A DNA stretch of 64,000 bases from Candidatus Zhuqueibacterota bacterium (GTDB lineage: Bacteria > Zhuqueibacterota > Zhuqueibacteria > Thermofontimicrobiales > Thermofontimicrobiaceae). The stretch lies in NCBI GenBank assembly GCA_049322915.1, contig JBMOPW010000001.1, forward strand, positions 1-64,000, written 5' to 3'. The notes under the pieces are model-generated. The model was not told where the DNA came from. It was given only the letters and a program-made list of their open reading frames with translations, and did not search any database. Position 1 is the first letter of the stretch. Each line of letters opens with the position of its first letter. Position numbers and translations under genes: made by a program. Shown here in pieces: positions 48,324 to 58,927 of this stretch.

Positions 48324-51300
48324 ATGCCATCACAATTCAATTTGGAAGACGATGAGAGTCCTGGACAATTAACGACGACCATCAGACAATTGCGTCCGGG
48401 GGATCACCTGTGCTCTATATTCGAAACTATCCAGGAGCATCGGTCGATAATCACGACGTTCATTCTGACTGGTTTCGATCGTAATGAACGGGTGGTGTAC
48501 ATTGGCGATGATCATTCTGTTGCGCAAATTGAAGCGTACCTGACGGATGCTCAGGTTAATCTCGCTTCGTACATTGAAGCAGGTCAGTTTATCTTCCTCA
48601 AAGCATCGGATATTTATATTGCCGACGGCACATTCGAACCGGAAAAGATGATTCAATATTTGAAGGACCAGACCGAATACTCGCTGGCGTGTGGATACGA
48701 CGCGCTGCGGGTTTCTGGTGAAATGTCCTGGATGTTGAAGGGAAATTTTGGTACAGATCAGTTGATTCAATACGAAGCCATGTTGCTTGAGTTTTTCCTT
48801 CAACATCGATGCCTGGCCCTGTGCCAATACGATAAGACAAAGTTCAGCGCCGATGTGTTGCTGGATGTCTTGCGCACCCATCCTTTGGCCATTGTCGGCG
48901 ACGATGTCTATAAAAACTTTTATTACCTTCCACCCTGCGAAATTCTCAATCCGGATCGCAACGAAGCCAAACTTAAATACTGGCTTGAAAATTTGAAAAA
49001 ATTCAATCGGACTGAAGAACAACTTCACGAGGTTGACCGCAGGTTTCTAACGCTGATTAAAAACCTGCCAGGCTTTGTCTATCAATGCCTGAATGACCGC
49101 GATTGGACGATGAATTTTATCAGCGAAGGTATTACCAATACGTTGGGTTACACCGTTGACGAAATGAAAAAAATGAGTTATGCCGGCATCATTCATCCAA
49201 ACGATAGTGAGCTGGTCTGGGATGAAATTCAAGAAGCCTTGCACCAGAAACAGCCATTCCGGATTCATTACCGGGCAAGGACGAAAGCCGGGGCCTATCG
49301 CTGGATGCTGGAACAGGGTTGTGGCGTTTTCGACCGCAACGGTGAATTAAAACACCTGGAAGGATTCATTACAGATGTCCACGATGAGCGATTCGCAAAA
49401 GAAGATCGCGATCGGTTTTTTAATCTGACCACCGATTTGATCTGCATGATAACCGCCCGGGGCATTTTCAAATTCGTCAACCAGGAATGGGAAAAGGTGC
49501 TGGGGTATAAACAGATCGAAATGGTTTCCCGGCCGGTTTTGAATTTCATTCATCCCAATGATGTTGCGGAGTACAAACGAATCATCAGACGATTGAAAAA
49601 AAGCGAAAGCACGATTCGATTTGAAAATCGCTATGTACACAAGGATGGCTCCGTTAAACTCATCGAATGGACTGCGACGCCCAGCGTTGAATCGGGATTA
49701 ATTTACTGCATTGGCCGCGATGTCACTGATGACCGCCGCTTGCACACTATGCTTCTTGAGAATGAGCGACGGTTGCGAAACGCTCAAAAAGCCGGTAAAA
49801 TTGGCAGTTGGGAAGTGGATTGCAAAACAGAGACATGGACAGTCTCGGATGAGTTTAGACGAATTCACGGCGTCGAGTCGAATTACTTCTCCATGAAAAA
49901 AATGCGAGCCTTTGTTTTTAAAGACGATGTGCAGTTATTTGAACACGCTTATCGGAGGACAGTGGAAAAGCAGTCGCCCTTTACCTTCGAGCATCGCATA
50001 ATCAAACAGGACACTCGAGAAATCCGCTGGGTGCTGAAGCAGGGCGAATTGGTCTGTGACGAGCGGAATCGACCCATCCAGTTGATTGGAACGACGCAGG
50101 ACATCACCGATCGGAAGCAGATTGAACTCGCACTGCAACGGGAGAAGGAACGCGCTCAGTATTATCTCGATATCGTCGGGGTGATGCTCGTTGTTCTGGA
50201 TCGCAGTGGACAGGTTCGTCTCATCAATAAAAAGGGGTGCGCCATTCTGGGGTATTCCGAAGCGCAGGTCATCGGGAAAAATTGGTTCGATCATTTTTTA
50301 CCTGAATCCAACAGGGATGAGGTGAAGCATGTGTTCACCCAACTGATGGCTGGAAAAATAAAGACGGTTGAATACTTTGAAAACGACGTGATAACCAGCG
50401 ATGGAAATCCCCGATTGATCGCCTGGAAAAATTCAATCCTGTGGGACGAATTGCATCGGCCGACCGGCATACTGAGTTCCGGCGAAGATATAACTGAAAA
50501 GCGGCAGGCGGAACAACAGATACAGTTCAGTAAAAAAATGCTTTCCGACACAGGCAAGATGGCGAAGATAGGAGGATGGGAGCATGATCTCATCACCGGG
50601 AAAGCAGATTGGACGGATACGCTGTATGAAATTGTTGAAATTCAACCGGGCAGCACCCCCCCCGGAGTTCAGGAACACCTCAGTTATTATCCTCCCAAAG
50701 ACCGGGCTATTCTCGAAAGTGAGTATCAACGCGCTATTGAGGAAAAGCGGCCGTTCGATCTTCGGCTTCAGGCATACACGGCCACTGGAAAACTGTTATG
50801 GTGCCATGTGCGCGGCGAACCAGTCATTGAAAACCAAAAATGTGTGAGGTTCCGAGGCGTGCTTCAGGATATTACAGAGCAGATGCGGATCGAGGAAGCG
50901 CTGCGGCAATCTGAAACGCGCTATCGGTACCTGTTCGAGAATGCGTCCATTGCCATCGGCATGTCAGATGCCGACGGCAGGGTGATCGCTGCCAATCAGG
51001 TGATGGAGCAACTCACCGGTTTTTCGTCGGAGGAATTCCAGAAGATAAAACTCATGGACATTTACGTCGTGCCCGAGGATAGGGATCGATTAATCGCCAC
51101 AATACGGAAGGAGGGCAAAGTCAGAAATTTCGAAACGCATCTTCATCGAAAAGATGGAACCCTCTATCTTGCCCGATTGAATGTGGATGTGATCAGGATC
51201 GGCGGGGAAGAAATGCTCCTCACGATCGCGCAGGACATCACAGAGAGCAGACGGATGGAAGAAGCGCTTCGCATGGAGCGGGAGCAGCTTCTCTCGCTGT

Positions 51301-52370
51301 TCGACAGCATTGACGAGATGATTTATGTGTCCGACCCTATGACCTACGAAATGGTCTATGTGAATAAAAAATTGCAGCGCATGCTGAATTCAGACGGAGC
51401 GGGCGAAACCTGTTACAGGCTTCTTCAACGCAAAGAAGCGCCCTGCGAATTCTGCACCAATCATTTTATTCTGTCAAATGACCATCAGCCGTATCAGTGG
51501 GAATATCATAATCCATGGTTGAACAAAGATTTCATGCTGACGGACCGCTTGATTCGCTGGCCAGATGGCCGGGATGTACGATTTGAACTGGCGATCGATA
51601 TTACCGATCGGAAAATTGCTGAGGCCGAAATTCAAAAATTGAACCGGGAATTGGAGCAGCGCGTCAAGGATCGGACTTTTGAACTGGAAGCGGTGAACAA
51701 AGAATTGGAAGCGTTCAGCTATTCGGTCTCTCATGATCTGCGCGCCCCGCTTCGCCACATCAGCGGATTTGTAGACATGTTGCGAAAAAATATGGGCGAG
51801 ACAACCTGTGAGAAGAACTCTCACTATCTGGATGTCATTCGCGAATCCGCCCAGCGGATGGGAAACCTGATCGATGAGCTATTGGCGTTCTCGCGGACGG
51901 GCCGCTCCGAAATTGCCTGGAAAAATTTCGATGCCGATACATTAATTCAGGAAGTGATTCAGGAATTGCAGCCTGAGATTGGCGCGCGAACCATCACCTG
52001 GAAGCTCTTGCCGTTGCCTGAAATTTATGCCGATCCATTGAAACTGCGTCACGTATTTGTGAATCTGATTTCCAATGCCATTAAATTTACACGACAGCAG
52101 CAGAATCCGGTGATTGAGGTGAGCGCGACCAGAGGCGACAGCAAGGAATACGTGTTTGCCGTGCGGGACAATGGGGTTGGTTTTGATATGAAATACGCGA
52201 ATAAACTTTTTGGGGTATTCCAGCGGCTGCATCGGACAGAAGAATTCGAGGGCAATGGCATTGGGCTGGCGAATGTTCGTCGCATAATCCATCGACACGG
52301 CGGTCGGACCTGGGCTGAAGGAAAGTTGAACGAAGGAGCCACTTTTTACTTCACCGTTCCCATGAAGTAG
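48324..52370 (+). CDS. MEDS-domain multi-PAS sensor histidine kinase
   Basis: N-terminal MEDS (PGDHLC, LRVSGEMSW, YEA, LCQYD, VLRTHP); about 7 PAS domains; FSYSVSHDLRAPL; NLISNAIKF; FGVFQRLH; GIGLA. Confidence 0.9.
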   Translation: MPSQFNLEDDESPGQLTTTIRQLRPGDHLCSIFETIQEHRSIITTFILTGFDRNERVVYIGDDHSVAQIEAYLTDAQVNLASYIEAGQFIFLKASDIYIADGTFEPEKMIQYLKDQTEYSLACGYDALRVSGEMSWMLKGNFGTDQLIQYEAMLLEFFLQHRCLALCQYDKTKFSADVLLDVLRTHPLAIVGDDVYKNFYYLPPCEILNPDRNEAKLKYWLENLKKFNRTEEQLHEVDRRFLTLIKNLPGFVYQCLNDRDWTMNFISEGITNTLGYTVDEMKKMSYAGIIHPNDSELVWDEIQEALHQKQPFRIHYRARTKAGAYRWMLEQGCGVFDRNGELKHLEGFITDVHDERFAKEDRDRFFNLTTDLICMITARGIFKFVNQEWEKVLGYKQIEMVSRPVLNFIHPNDVAEYKRIIRRLKKSESTIRFENRYVHKDGSVKLIEWTATPSVESGLIYCIGRDVTDDRRLHTMLLENERRLRNAQKAGKIGSWEVDCKTETWTVSDEFRRIHGVESNYFSMKKMRAFVFKDDVQLFEHAYRRTVEKQSPFTFEHRIIKQDTREIRWVLKQGELVCDERNRPIQLIGTTQDITDRKQIELALQREKERAQYYLDIVGVMLVVLDRSGQVRLINKKGCAILGYSEAQVIGKNWFDHFLPESNRDEVKHVFTQLMAGKIKTVEYFENDVITSDGNPRLIAWKNSILWDELHRPTGILSSGEDITEKRQAEQQIQFSKKMLSDTGKMAKIGGWEHDLITGKADWTDTLYEIVEIQPGSTPPGVQEHLSYYPPKDRAILESEYQRAIEEKRPFDLRLQAYTATGKLLWCHVRGEPVIENQKCVRFRGVLQDITEQMRIEEALRQSETRYRYLFENASIAIGMSDADGRVIAANQVMEQLTGFSSEEFQKIKLMDIYVVPEDRDRLIATIRKEGKVRNFETHLHRKDGTLYLARLNVDVIRIGGEEMLLTIAQDITESRRMEEALRMEREQLLSLFDSIDEMIYVSDPMTYEMVYVNKKLQRMLNSDGAGETCYRLLQRKEAPCEFCTNHFILSNDHQPYQWEYHNPWLNKDFMLTDRLIRWPDGRDVRFELAIDITDRKIAEAEIQKLNRELEQRVKDRTFELEAVNKELEAFSYSVSHDLRAPLRHISGFVDMLRKNMGETTCEKNSHYLDVIRESAQRMGNLIDELLAFSRTGRSEIAWKNFDADTLIQEVIQELQPEIGARTITWKLLPLPEIYADPLKLRHVFVNLISNAIKFTRQQQNPVIEVSATRGDSKEYVFAVRDNGVGFDMKYANKLFGVFQRLHRTEEFEGNGIGLANVRRIIHRHGGRTWAEGKLNEGATFYFTVPMK

Positions 52371-52606
52371 TTCGCGCCGGTATTGATACATGCTGAGATG
52401 CACCCGCTTCTGCCAATAATCGAAGAGGCGGTTATCATTGGAGACTATACGAATCAGAGATTTCAATTTCGATGTAAGAAAATGACACGCAGTAAATGAT
52501 GGTGGAATCCACTGAAAATCAGGGTCTGAATCGGAATGTCGTTTGAACCAACACTCCGACGAAATGTCCTGTGGCGGATAAATCATATCAACAGAAAGGA
52601 TGAATC

Positions 52607-53056
52607 ATGGAGGGATTAAAACGAATTTTGCTGGTTGAAGATGATGTGAACGATGTGGAATTGACGCTCGAATCACTCAGGGAATACAATCTGGCAAATG
52701 AAGTTATTATCGCCCGCGATGGTGAAGAGGCGCTGGAGTATCTCTACAGGAAGAACAGATTCGAGCATGCCCCGGAAGGCCAGCCGGTGGTCATTTTCCT
52801 GGACATTAAAATGCCGCGCGTGAACGGATTGGAGGTGCTGCGAATCATCAAAAACGATCCGGATTTACGCCTGATCCCGGTGGTGATGGTCACCTCGTCC
52901 CAGGAAGAGCCGGATCTGAAAGAGGCGTACGAGATGGGGGCCAATGCGTATGTGGTGAAGCCGGTGGATGTGCAGCAGTTCATGAATGCGATCAAAGAAC
53001 TGGGAGTTTTTTGGGCTGTTTTCAATATGCCTCCTCCCGGCTGCATTAAAGATTAA
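52607..53056 (+). CDS. Single-domain response regulator (Rcp1-like)
   Basis: ILLVEDD, FLDIKMP, VTSS, GANAYVVKP, FW. Confidence 0.92.
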   Translation: MEGLKRILLVEDDVNDVELTLESLREYNLANEVIIARDGEEALEYLYRKNRFEHAPEGQPVVIFLDIKMPRVNGLEVLRIIKNDPDLRLIPVVMVTSSQEEPDLKEAYEMGANAYVVKPVDVQQFMNAIKELGVFWAVFNMPPPGCIKD

Positions 53057-53267
53057 ATCCCTGATATGTTCTTTCAATTCCGTGAGAGGCCCGGCTCAGG
53101 CTGATGCCGCGCATCGGAGAGGATTCGGTGTTGCATCGGACGACTGAGATGGATATGGCGCTTACCTGAAATTGAAAAAAGGTCGCGTCCACTCAGGACA
53201 AATCCGCGACAGGGAACAGTCAACCGATGATTGAAATGGTATTGATTCAGAAAAGGAGACGCACATC

Positions 53268-55196
53268 ATGGGGACTTGCTTGAACATCCTCCATTTAGAG
53301 GACGATCCCATTGATACTGAAATTGTTCAGGAGGCGCTGAAGGCGGAGAATCCCTTTTGCGAGATATTACGAGTGGATACCCGGGACGATTTTGTCGCTG
53401 CACTGGAGGCGCGGACGTTCGACCTGATTCTGGCCGACTACTCGCTGCCCATGTTCGATGGATTGAGTGCATTGTCGTATGTCAAAGAACATTATCCCGA
53501 GATACCATTCATCCTGATCTCCGGGACGCTGGGCGAAGAATTGGCCATAGACAGTCTCAAATTGGGCGCCACCGATTATGTCATCAAACAACGGTTGTCG
53601 CGGCTGGTACCTTCGGTGAAACGCGCACTCAAAGAAGTGGATGACAGGAATGAGCGACGGAGAACAGAGGCTCAATTGGCGCGGCTGGCATCCGTGGTGG
53701 AGCAGGCAAGTGAAAGTATTGTCATCGTTGATTTGAATGGCGATATTGAATATGTCAATCCCAATTTTGAACGCCTCACCGGGTACACTGCCGCAGAAGT
53801 CCTGGGCAAAAACCCAAAAATCCTGAAAAGCGGAGCCCAACCTGAAAGTTACTACCGGGATTTGTGGCAGACCATTTCATCCGGTAAAACCTGGTTCGGT
53901 ATTTTTCAGAACAAACGAAAAGATGGGGTCCTTTTCTTCGAAGACGCCGTCATTTTTCCCATTAAAAATCAACAGGGCGTTATCATCAACTATGCAGCGG
54001 TCAAGCGGGATATCACCAGTGAAAAATTATTGGAAGAACAGCTACTCCAGTCCCAGAAACTGGAGGCCATCGGCCAGTTGGCTGGCGGGATTGCTCATGA
54101 TTTCAACAATATTCTCACGGCAATTATGGGGTACTCTGAGGTGGCATTGATGAACCTCAATTCGAACGACCAGGTTTACTGGGATGTCAAAGCCATTATC
54201 AAGGCCGGGCAAAAAGCGAGCAACCTGACGAGACAATTGCTGACGTTCAGCCGCAAGCAGATCATTCAGCCGAAAATTATCGATATCAACCGGCTCATCA
54301 CCGATCTGGAAAAGCTGCTCTATCGTCTCATCAGCGAAGATATCAAATTGAAGATGGCTCTTTCGGATAAAATAGGCAGAATTCATGCGGACCCCGGCCA
54401 GATCGAGCAGGTTTTAATCAACCTGGTGGTCAATGCCCGGGATGCGGTCAATCACCCGTCGATTGCAGTGACGCGCCGAAATATAACCATCGAAACGCGC
54501 GATGTCATGGTGGACGATGCATCTCTGTTGACTCACACCGACATGGCGCCCGGTCGCTATCTGCTCTTGTCAGTCAGCGACACGGGCATTGGCATGATCG
54601 ATGAGATAAAGCGAAAAATATTTGAGCCCTTTTTCACGACAAAAAAAATCAGCCAGGGTACCGGCCTGGGCCTGTCGACTGTCTATGGCATTGTGAAACA
54701 AAACAATGCCACCATTCTGGTTGACAGCCAGGTCGATCGAGGCAGCACTTTCACGATCTATTGGCCTTGCGCTGAAAGCGCTGAACCACTTTACGACACG
54801 CCTGAAGAAGAAACACCGCTGGTTGGCGGAAATGAGAGGATCCTGTTTGTGGAAGATGACGATCGAGTCCGCGCTTTCTCTGTCAAAGCGCTCAAATCCC
54901 TGGGTTACGAAGTGATCCCGGCTCGTGATGGCGCTGATGCGTTGAGGATAGTCAGACGGAAAAAAATCACATTTGATCTGCTCATCACCGATGTCGTGAT
55001 GCCGGAAATGGGCGGCATTGAATTGGCTGAAAAATTATCCGCAGACAGAGATGGATTTAAAGTGCTGTTCACTTCGGGCTATCTGGACAGAGATTATACC
55101 GATCATGACATTCTCAAAGAGGAAATAAACTTCATTCAAAAGCCTTATAGAATCCACTCGATGGCGAAGAAAATCCGGGAGGTTTTGCTGCGGTAG
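53268..55196 (+). CDS. REC-PAS-histidine kinase-REC hybrid
   Basis: N-terminal receiver (LEDD, ADY), PAS, GGIAHDFNN, NARDA, GTGLGL, C-terminal receiver. Confidence 0.92.
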   Translation: MGTCLNILHLEDDPIDTEIVQEALKAENPFCEILRVDTRDDFVAALEARTFDLILADYSLPMFDGLSALSYVKEHYPEIPFILISGTLGEELAIDSLKLGATDYVIKQRLSRLVPSVKRALKEVDDRNERRRTEAQLARLASVVEQASESIVIVDLNGDIEYVNPNFERLTGYTAAEVLGKNPKILKSGAQPESYYRDLWQTISSGKTWFGIFQNKRKDGVLFFEDAVIFPIKNQQGVIINYAAVKRDITSEKLLEEQLLQSQKLEAIGQLAGGIAHDFNNILTAIMGYSEVALMNLNSNDQVYWDVKAIIKAGQKASNLTRQLLTFSRKQIIQPKIIDINRLITDLEKLLYRLISEDIKLKMALSDKIGRIHADPGQIEQVLINLVVNARDAVNHPSIAVTRRNITIETRDVMVDDASLLTHTDMAPGRYLLLSVSDTGIGMIDEIKRKIFEPFFTTKKISQGTGLGLSTVYGIVKQNNATILVDSQVDRGSTFTIYWPCAESAEPLYDTPEEETPLVGGNERILFVEDDDRVRAFSVKALKSLGYEVIPARDGADALRIVRRKKITFDLLITDVVMPEMGGIELAEKLSADRDGFKVLFTSGYLDRDYTDHDILKEEINFIQKPYRIHSMAKKIREVLLR

Positions 55197-55409
55197 TCAT
55201 CCGTGCCCTCATCAGGCCAGTTGCATTTTCACATTAAAACAATTTAATCTGTGAAATAGATTTTGACTTTTAAAATATTTTTTGATATATTATACCCTAA
55301 AATTTTCCAGACGGCCAGCCGTTCGGTTGGCCAGTGAAATACCAGATAATTATATATCTAAATTTCAATAAGTAACCGTTACGAATTAACAAACTCAGGA
55401 GGTGTTCCA

Positions 55410-55598
55410 ATGAAAGCGAAAATTGATCCCGAATTATGCACAGGTTGTGAGCTTTGTGTCGAGACATGCCCGGAAGTATTTGAAATGGGCGATGATGTTG
55501 CTGTTGTTATTGTCGATGTCGTCCCGGAAGATGCGGAAGATTGCTGCCAGGATGCCGCTAATGACTGCCCCTCAGAGGCGATTGCTATTGAAAACTAA
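55410..55598 (+). CDS. fdx: Single-cluster ferredoxin
   Basis: CTGCELC..CP..CPSEAI, acidic; aggaggt RBS; TTGACT-N17-TATATT promoter at 55263. Confidence 0.9.
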   Translation: MKAKIDPELCTGCELCVETCPEVFEMGDDVAVVIVDVVPEDAEDCCQDAANDCPSEAIAIEN

Positions 55599-55754
55599 GC
55601 GATTGGCGCTTTCAGCGACAATTGATTGAAAAGTCGAAGTGCGCAAAAATACAATTTAAGTTCATGGTTCAAATTTTTTCAAATAAAATTCGTTCTATGC
55701 AATTTATTTTTGCGCACTGCCAACTTGATTGAATAGCATTATAACAGGTAAATT

Positions 55755-56765
55755 ATGGAATTTAAAATAGCTTTTCAAAAGCAGAACGTAATGCGGATGG
55801 TTGTGTATTCATTGCTGCCGGCGGTTTTGGGAAGCGTGTATTTCTTTGGCTGGGTGAGCCTGGCCATTGTTCTCGTCTCGGTCGTCACGTGCGTGTTGAC
55901 TGAATGGCTGTTCGTTCGGGGAAAAAATGGCAAGGTGACCGAAGCTGTTTTTGTTACGGCTGTCCTCTACGCGCTGACGTTGCCGCCGACACTGCCGTTT
56001 TACATGGTCATTATTGGCGCTATTTTTGGAATAACCTTTGGCAAGATGGCGTTCGGCGGTTTTGGAAATAATCCCTTTAACCCGGCTCTGGTGGGTCGCG
56101 GATTTGTGTATATCACATTCCCGATTCAAATGACCAATGTTTGGCTGCCCGCAGCAAATTTTTCTGATTTCCCCGGCGGTTTTGTCGCGTGGAAATTTTC
56201 CGCTCTCTCCGATGGCCTCAGTGCAATCACATCTGCAACCCCATTGAGCGCATTTCGCGCCGGCGCAACCACTCTTCCTGACTACTGGCAGTTGCTTCTC
56301 GGAAATATAAACGGCACTTTTCAAAATCTGGGGGAAACCACGCGCATCGGCGGCGGCTCGATTGGAGAAACGTCGGCTGTTCTGTTGATGATTGGCGGTC
56401 TGTATCTTGTTTTTAAAAAAATTGCCAACTGGAAATTGGTGGTGAGTTTTTTCGGCACATTCATCATATTCCAGTCGCTGCTTCATGTTTTGGCCCCGGC
56501 CAAAGTGCCCCATCCTTTATTCGGACTATTCGCCGGCGGCGTTGTGTTAGCCGGCTTTTTTATGGTGACAGACCCGGTCTCTGCCTCGCGCACTGAAATT
56601 GGCCGGTGGATTTACGGCGCGATGATTGCCATTCTAACGATTATCATTCGGGCATTCTCGCTGTTTGCCGGGGGCGTGATGTTTGCCATCCTCCTTGCCA
56701 ATATGTTCGGCCCGTTGATCGATTACGGCATAACCAGCTATCAACAAAGGAGCAAAACCAAATGA
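55755..56765 (+). CDS. NqrB/RnfD-family membrane subunit
   Basis: GKMAFGGFGNNPFNPALVGR, FMN site ITSATPL, GSIGETS, FFMVTDPVS, ILLAN; 336 aa. Confidence 0.88.
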   Translation: MEFKIAFQKQNVMRMVVYSLLPAVLGSVYFFGWVSLAIVLVSVVTCVLTEWLFVRGKNGKVTEAVFVTAVLYALTLPPTLPFYMVIIGAIFGITFGKMAFGGFGNNPFNPALVGRGFVYITFPIQMTNVWLPAANFSDFPGGFVAWKFSALSDGLSAITSATPLSAFRAGATTLPDYWQLLLGNINGTFQNLGETTRIGGGSIGETSAVLLMIGGLYLVFKKIANWKLVVSFFGTFIIFQSLLHVLAPAKVPHPLFGLFAGGVVLAGFFMVTDPVSASRTEIGRWIYGAMIAILTIIIRAFSLFAGGVMFAILLANMFGPLIDYGITSYQQRSKTK

Positions 56766-57529
56766 AGAAAAGTCTGAGTACAATTGGTTTTATGGTCCTG
56801 ATCACGGTTTTATTCATTTCAGCCCTGGCGTCCATTAACGAGTTAACAAAAGAACAGATCGATCGAAATTTACAGATTGAAAAATATAAATCTATGCTGT
56901 ACGCCTTCAATATTTTTCCGAAGGGAATTAACGAAAGCCAGTTTTCGCTGACGAGCACAACGGATGATATTCCCTGGGAAACGGCCCAAATTCGTGAAAA
57001 TTATGAAACACAAATAATCAGTAAAAAAATTCCCATGGAAAAGGGCGACCCGGAATTATTGAAAAATAGCTTCCTCGCTTTGACTGATTCCGTGGAAGTA
57101 TTCATTCGCCTGAATGAGGAAAACCAGCCGACGGCCTACGGGTTCCCCATGAGGGGAAAAGGATTGTGGGGCACAATTACCGCTTTCGGCGTGATTTCAG
57201 CGGACCTGACAAAAATGGTTGGTATCGATTTCACAGAGCAAGTCGAAACGCCCGGCCTCGGCGCCCGGATTCTCGAAATAGAGTTCAAGCAATTCTTTCG
57301 CAATCTGGATCTGAGCAGACTCCAAAATTCATCGGCGGCCCGACCGGCCATCATCATGGTTCGCAAAAAAGAAATTACCAACATGGATGAATCGACCAAC
57401 AGCCTCCAGGCAATCACAGGCGCAACTTTAACGTGCAGCGGTGTTCTTAATATGATAAATACCGATTTGAAGTTTTACGTGAATCTGCTTCGAATGAACG
57501 AGCAGTACTTGAAAAATAGGGACAGTTAG
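56762..57529 (+). CDS. nqrC: NqrC/RnfG-family FMN-binding subunit
   Basis: N-terminal TM, GKGLWG, ETPGLG, AITGATLT; ATGA overlap with the upstream gene. Confidence 0.85.
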   Translation: MKKSLSTIGFMVLITVLFISALASINELTKEQIDRNLQIEKYKSMLYAFNIFPKGINESQFSLTSTTDDIPWETAQIRENYETQIISKKIPMEKGDPELLKNSFLALTDSVEVFIRLNEENQPTAYGFPMRGKGLWGTITAFGVISADLTKMVGIDFTEQVETPGLGARILEIEFKQFFRNLDLSRLQNSSAARPAIIMVRKKEITNMDESTNSLQAITGATLTCSGVLNMINTDLKFYVNLLRMNEQYLKNRDS

Positions 57530-57605
57530 CAGGCTGTTGTGAAATCGAATCATTTAGCATTTCACCATTTTAAGGATTTCATAGCGTTCAACGCATGAGG
57601 TTTTC

Positions 57606-58250
57606 ATGGCAAAGATTAAAGCGATTGATATTATAAAAGAGGATCTGTGGAAAAATAATCCGGTAACCGTGCAAATCCTCGGGATTTGTTCTACTCTGGC
57701 CGTGACCAATATTTTCCTGAACACGTTGATCATGGGGCTGGGATTGACATTTGTCACTGCCTTTTCTTCGCTGACAGTTTCGGTGATTCGAAATATCATT
57801 CCGGCGCGAGTGCGAATGATGGTACAAACGCTCATCATCGCCAGTTTTGTGGTGATCGTCGATATCATCTTAAAAGCGTATGTGCCGAATATCAGCAAAG
57901 CGCTGGGGCCGTACGTCGGTTTGATCATCACCAATTGCATTATCATGGGTCGGCTCGAGGCTTTCGCTTCATCGAACAAGCCATCGATGGCTTTTCTGGA
58001 CGGAATTATGTCCGGCATTGGTTATACGTACGTTCTGTTGATCATTGCATTTTTCAGGGAACTGCTGGGCTTCGGAACCGTTCTTGGCTTTGAGGTGATG
58101 AATCCGTTGATGACTGCTATTGGCCAGACCGATGGCTGGACTCAATGGGCATTTATGATTATGGCGCCGGGCGGATTTTTTATGCTGGCCATTTTTATCT
58201 GGATCAGTAAAAATCTCACAAGTTTGAAGGTGTCGCATTCACAAAAATAG
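57606..58250 (+). CDS. nqrD: NqrD/RnfE-family subunit
   Basis: NNPVTVQILGICSTLAVT, VGLIITNCIIMGR.EAFA, RELLG. Confidence 0.88.
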   Translation: MAKIKAIDIIKEDLWKNNPVTVQILGICSTLAVTNIFLNTLIMGLGLTFVTAFSSLTVSVIRNIIPARVRMMVQTLIIASFVVIVDIILKAYVPNISKALGPYVGLIITNCIIMGRLEAFASSNKPSMAFLDGIMSGIGYTYVLLIIAFFRELLGFGTVLGFEVMNPLMTAIGQTDGWTQWAFMIMAPGGFFMLAIFIWISKNLTSLKVSHSQK

Positions 58251-58262
58251 GAGTTCATTTAA

Positions 58263-58853
58263 ATGGAAGGCTTATCCCCCTGGGTAATATTTTTTGCATC
58301 CATTTTCACCGGCAATATTTTGCTGGTATATTTTCTCGGCATGTGCTCGTTTCTATCCGTGTCCAGTCAGGTGAAAACATCGATGGGACTGGGACTTGCC
58401 GTAACCTTTGTACTGACAATCACCTCCGCATTGAATTATGTGGTGTTCAATTATATTTTAGTGCCAATGGGCATTGACTATTTGCGCTATATTGCATTTA
58501 TCGTCGTCATTGCAGCTGTCGTGCAGTTGCTGGAAATGATTATTGAGCGATTCTCCGAAGCGTTGTATTTGAACCTCGGCATCTTCCTGCCTTTGATCAC
58601 GGTGAACTGCGCCATCCTCGGCGTGTCGTTATTTATGGTCATTCGAAATTACACATTCATCCAGAGCGTCATGTTCGGCGCCGGAAGCGGTATCGGATGG
58701 ATGCTGGCAATTCTGGCCATGGCAGGCATTCGCCAGCGCATCAATATGCAGCGCATTCCGGTCGCTTTGAGAGGGCCCGGCATTGCGTTGATTATTTCCG
58801 GAATAATGGCCATGGCATTCATTGGTTTTTCAGGCATGGTTCAAATACAGTAA
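58263..58853 (+). CDS. nqrE: NqrE/RnfA-family subunit
   Basis: FLGMCSFL.VS, VIAAVVQLLEM, LGIFLPLITVNCAILG, G.MAMAF.GFSG. Confidence 0.88.
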   Translation: MEGLSPWVIFFASIFTGNILLVYFLGMCSFLSVSSQVKTSMGLGLAVTFVLTITSALNYVVFNYILVPMGIDYLRYIAFIVVIAAVVQLLEMIIERFSEALYLNLGIFLPLITVNCAILGVSLFMVIRNYTFIQSVMFGAGSGIGWMLAILAMAGIRQRINMQRIPVALRGPGIALIISGIMAMAFIGFSGMVQIQ

Positions 58854-58927
58854 GTACCAACGCTGTCTTCCTAAATTTCAGGTTCAACCGGAAAATGCAG
58901 AAATTGAATAGGTATTAAGGCAATAAT

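Noticed and set aside
57527..57595. IS terminal-repeat-like tagcaggctgttg in the nqrC-nqrD spacer
   Set aside because: Too short, with no clear partner repeat or transposase
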